Assembly (NCBI GenBank): GCA_048772705.1
Contig: JBLWGC010000206.1
Coordinates: 1 to 43,667 of the forward strand
Source: Leidyana gryllorum EB-2025a
Lineage: Eukaryota > Protista > Apicomplexa
Direction of reading: 5' to 3'
DNA length: 43,667 nucleotides
Positions 41,602 to 43,667 of the stretch are shown here, piece after piece; the first letter of the stretch is position 1, and the number at the start of each line of letters is the position of its first letter. The position numbers were made by a program, and so were the translations under genes. The notes beneath the pieces were generated by a model that had not been told where the DNA came from, did no database searches, and saw nothing but the letters and a program-made list of their open reading frames with translations.

Positions 41602-41836
41602 AGTGAGGGGATCTCTGCTAAAGAGTCGCCCCGGACGCGAGGAAGCCACAGCATTCTTCGACTAATACGAAAGGAACTAGTTACTGAGTCCGAGCTTCCC
41701 TGCCGCGCCAGCTCCGTCGATAGACCCCTAGACTTTCAATGGGGAGACCGCGGCTTCGGGCAGCGCGAGCAGTCCGACTCAAGCTTGCTACATCGTATGT
41801 GAAGCCACAGGGCGCAAGATGACAAGTCCGACAGGT

Positions 41837-41918
41837 GGCAACTTGCCGGAGTGGTTAAGGGGTAGACTAGAAATCTACTGGGCCTGGGCCGCGCTGGTGC
41901 AGATCCAGCAGTTGTTGT
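41837..41918 (+). pseudogene. tRNA-Ser(AGA), degenerate
   Basis: T-loop damaged. Confidence 0.68.
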
Positions 41919-42021
41919 GCGATGTGATTGGAGGGGTCAGACACCAACTTATGCATGAATTCTGTGGTGGACATGATGCTATTCCCAGCATCAAACCCTC
42001 ATATGGATCGAGAAAGGGAAT

Positions 42022-42093
42022 GCCTTCTTAGCTTAGGGGCAGAGCATTCGCTCAGTAAGCGAAAGGTCGCCGGTTTGATTCGGGCAGAAGGCT
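42022..42093 (+). pseudogene. tRNA-Thr(AGT), degenerate
   Basis: T33 and T-arm changes. Confidence 0.68.
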
Positions 42094-42300
42094 CTGCCTA
42101 CGAGCCAATCTATCCTACAACTATTCCCTTCTGCGCCCACTTAGCAGTGCGTCGTTTCGACCGACGGACCTTTGGGTAATCAGCCAACACTCTTCCACTG
42201 AGCTACAGTGCTCAGTCTGCAACATGGAAGAGGAGCCGAAACGCGTGCTGTGCCGACTGATTCCACAGTACTGGGGGCTGTACCGGGATGGTGGGTTGTC

Positions 42301-42372
42301 GGCTGTTTGGTCTAGTGGTATGATTCTTCCTTTGGGTGGAAGAAGTCCTGGGTTCGATTCCCAGAACAGCCC
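42301..42372 (+). tRNA. tRNA-Pro(TGG)
   Basis: intact. Confidence 0.93.
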
Positions 42373-42560
42373 GTCTGTCAGTTGTTGACTCAATACGCCA
42401 CGTCTCTTCAAGGTTGTCTAAGATATGCTGCTCCGACAGCTGAGACAAGATTTGAGTTGTATATGCATGGAATCTTCGCCAGATTCATTCCAGTTGGCCC
42501 ATCAACGCTGTCTGCCAACACCATGAGGTTGAGTAGTACTTTGCCAATCACCACTCTACT

Positions 42561-42640
42561 TCCGGTGGGACGGAATCGAACCGCCGACTATCTGATGCCA
42601 GCACTACAGTCAGATGCTCTACCAACTGAGCTACCCCCGG
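42561..42640 (-). tRNA. tRNA-Tyr(GTA) with 7-nt intron
   Basis: same body as 6178. Confidence 0.88.
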
Positions 42641-42870
42641 CCGTCCAACTGCTCCGGGGTTCAAAAGGCTCAACCCCAGATCCTCGTCCTTTCGGACTGC
42701 GGTCTGAGCACAGCGCCTTAGACAACTCGGCCATCTTGCCACAGTGTTGTTGGTTCATCCCTCCACGCGTTTTTTGTCCGTGAGCCAAAATAGAAAGACT
42801 TCTGGGATTGGAGGCCGGCATGTTCAGAGCGTCCGAGATAGTATAGTGGTTAGTAAGGGAGATAGATCCA

Positions 42871-42943
42871 CACCGCCCGCGGGGCTCGAACTCGCGACTG
42901 CAAGATTGAAAGTCTTGCGCTCTACGGACTGAGCTAGGGCGGC
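42871..42943 (-). tRNA. tRNA-Lys-type body with TTC anticodon (function doubtful)
   Basis: CAAGA-CTTTCAA-TCTTG arm. Confidence 0.65.
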
Positions 42944-43044
42944 AACGAAGCTCTAAACTGAGTTACACCCTATTTGCCGTTGGGTGGAGCCCTGGATCCG
43001 TTCGACAGGTGGAACAATGAGCTTCAGTAACTTCCGTTAACATT

Positions 43045-43116
43045 GCCTTCTTAGCTTAAGGGCAGAGCATTCGCTTAGTAAGCGAAAGGTCGCCGGTTCG
43101 ATTCCGGCAGAAGGCT
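43045..43116 (+). tRNA. tRNA-Thr(AGT)
   Basis: near-intact. Confidence 0.88.
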
Positions 43117-43165
43117 TTGCTCACGAGAGAATCTATTCTATAACTGTTTCCCTGCTCCGCACACT

Positions 43166-43236
43166 TAGCAGTGCGTCGTTTCGATCGACGGATTTTGGGT
43201 TACGAGCCCAACACTCTTCCACTGAGCTACACTGCT
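43166..43236 (-). pseudogene. initiator-Met body with CGT anticodon
   Basis: CT-CGT-AA loop, 1-nt deletion. Confidence 0.68.
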
Positions 43237-43667
43237 CAGTATGCAACATGGAAGAGGTAGCCGAAATGCGATTCTTGAGATTCTAGTATGCCCTGACTAC
43301 CCAAGTGTGCTAACGAGGTGGCTGTGTTGGTTCTGAGGGCAACTTGTCCCGTCGGGTCAACCCACGACCAAGAGGGCTCTTCTGGGAATCGAACCAGGAC
43401 TCCTTCCACCCTGAGGAGGGATCATAGCACTAGACCAAACAGCCCATCGCTCGGTGGTGCAAATGGCTGGTACAGTCGGGAGACTGGTTATAATATGTCA
43501 AGAACCACTAAATGCTATGGGGTCTGCACAGCAGGCGACTAGCTGGAATGATATAGCACTCGCTCAGCATGCGAGAGATACTGGGATGGATGCCCAGGTC
43601 GTCCAAACTTCTAACGGCTGCACCTGCGGTATTTGAAAAGAGAGTCACGACCGAATGGAGTTGATGC

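Larger units (their letters stand above)
1..43667. repeat. Dense mosaic tRNA gene/pseudogene array spanning the window
   Basis: tRNA A/B-box motifs every few hundred bp on both strands; spacers recur as shuffled modules. Confidence 0.97.

Noticed and set aside
206-43636. All ORFs in the supplied track (up to 198 aa)
   Set aside because: They overlap tRNA genes on either strand, recur as tRNA-derived peptides such as GIEPGS and RVRFP, are broken between paralogs, and resemble no protein family I recognise
1-43667. Prokaryotic, phage or organellar tRNA array
   Set aside because: A34 anticodons in eight families, eukaryotic initiator Met, C1:G72 intron-bearing Tyr, no encoded CCA and mixed strands all indicate a eukaryotic nucleus
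1-43667. CRISPR array or tRNA-derived SINE family
   Set aside because: There is no constant short repeat with unique spacers; repeats are full tRNAs of many isotypes without shared tails, poly-A or per-copy TSDs
1-43667. Linked 5S rRNA, U6/U2 snRNA or dinoflagellate spliced-leader genes
   Set aside because: By eye I found no CCGTAGCCATTTTGGCTCAAG, ACAGAGAAGATTAGC or GTGTAGTATCTG motifs; an Rfam scan is needed to exclude diverged copies

Overview
The whole 43.7 kb window is a very dense eukaryotic nuclear tRNA gene array with no credible protein-coding gene; the ORFs supplied are incidental reads through tRNA genes and their spacers. It holds well over 100 intact or near-intact tRNA genes on both strands, plus many decayed copies. 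These cover all 20 amino acids and initiator Met, about 44 of the 46 usual eukaryotic anticodon classes if decayed copies are counted (Leu-TAG and Val-TAC not seen). Eukaryotic marks are A34 anticodons, an initiator Met with A1:T72 and a GATCGAAA T-loop, Tyr with C1:G72 and an intron, and no encoded CCA. Only Tyr has an intron, which argues against land plants and vertebrates; a protist, possibly an alveolate such as a dinoflagellate, is a tentative guess. The array is not a simple tandem repeat. It is a shuffled mosaic of direct and inverted segmental duplications whose ends often fall inside tRNA genes, including a near-perfect inverted repeat with 2.8 kb arms (24810-27597 / 29389-32175). 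Most notable: a 306-bp TG...CA solo-LTR-like insert with a 5-bp target duplication just upstream of tRNA-Ala, a 230-bp cassette carrying the only tRNA-Ile(TAT), a 7-nt Tyr intron, a neighbouring His/Tyr pair with swapped anticodons, and a tRNA-Sec-like orphan element. Coordinates were counted by hand, and not every decayed fragment is listed.
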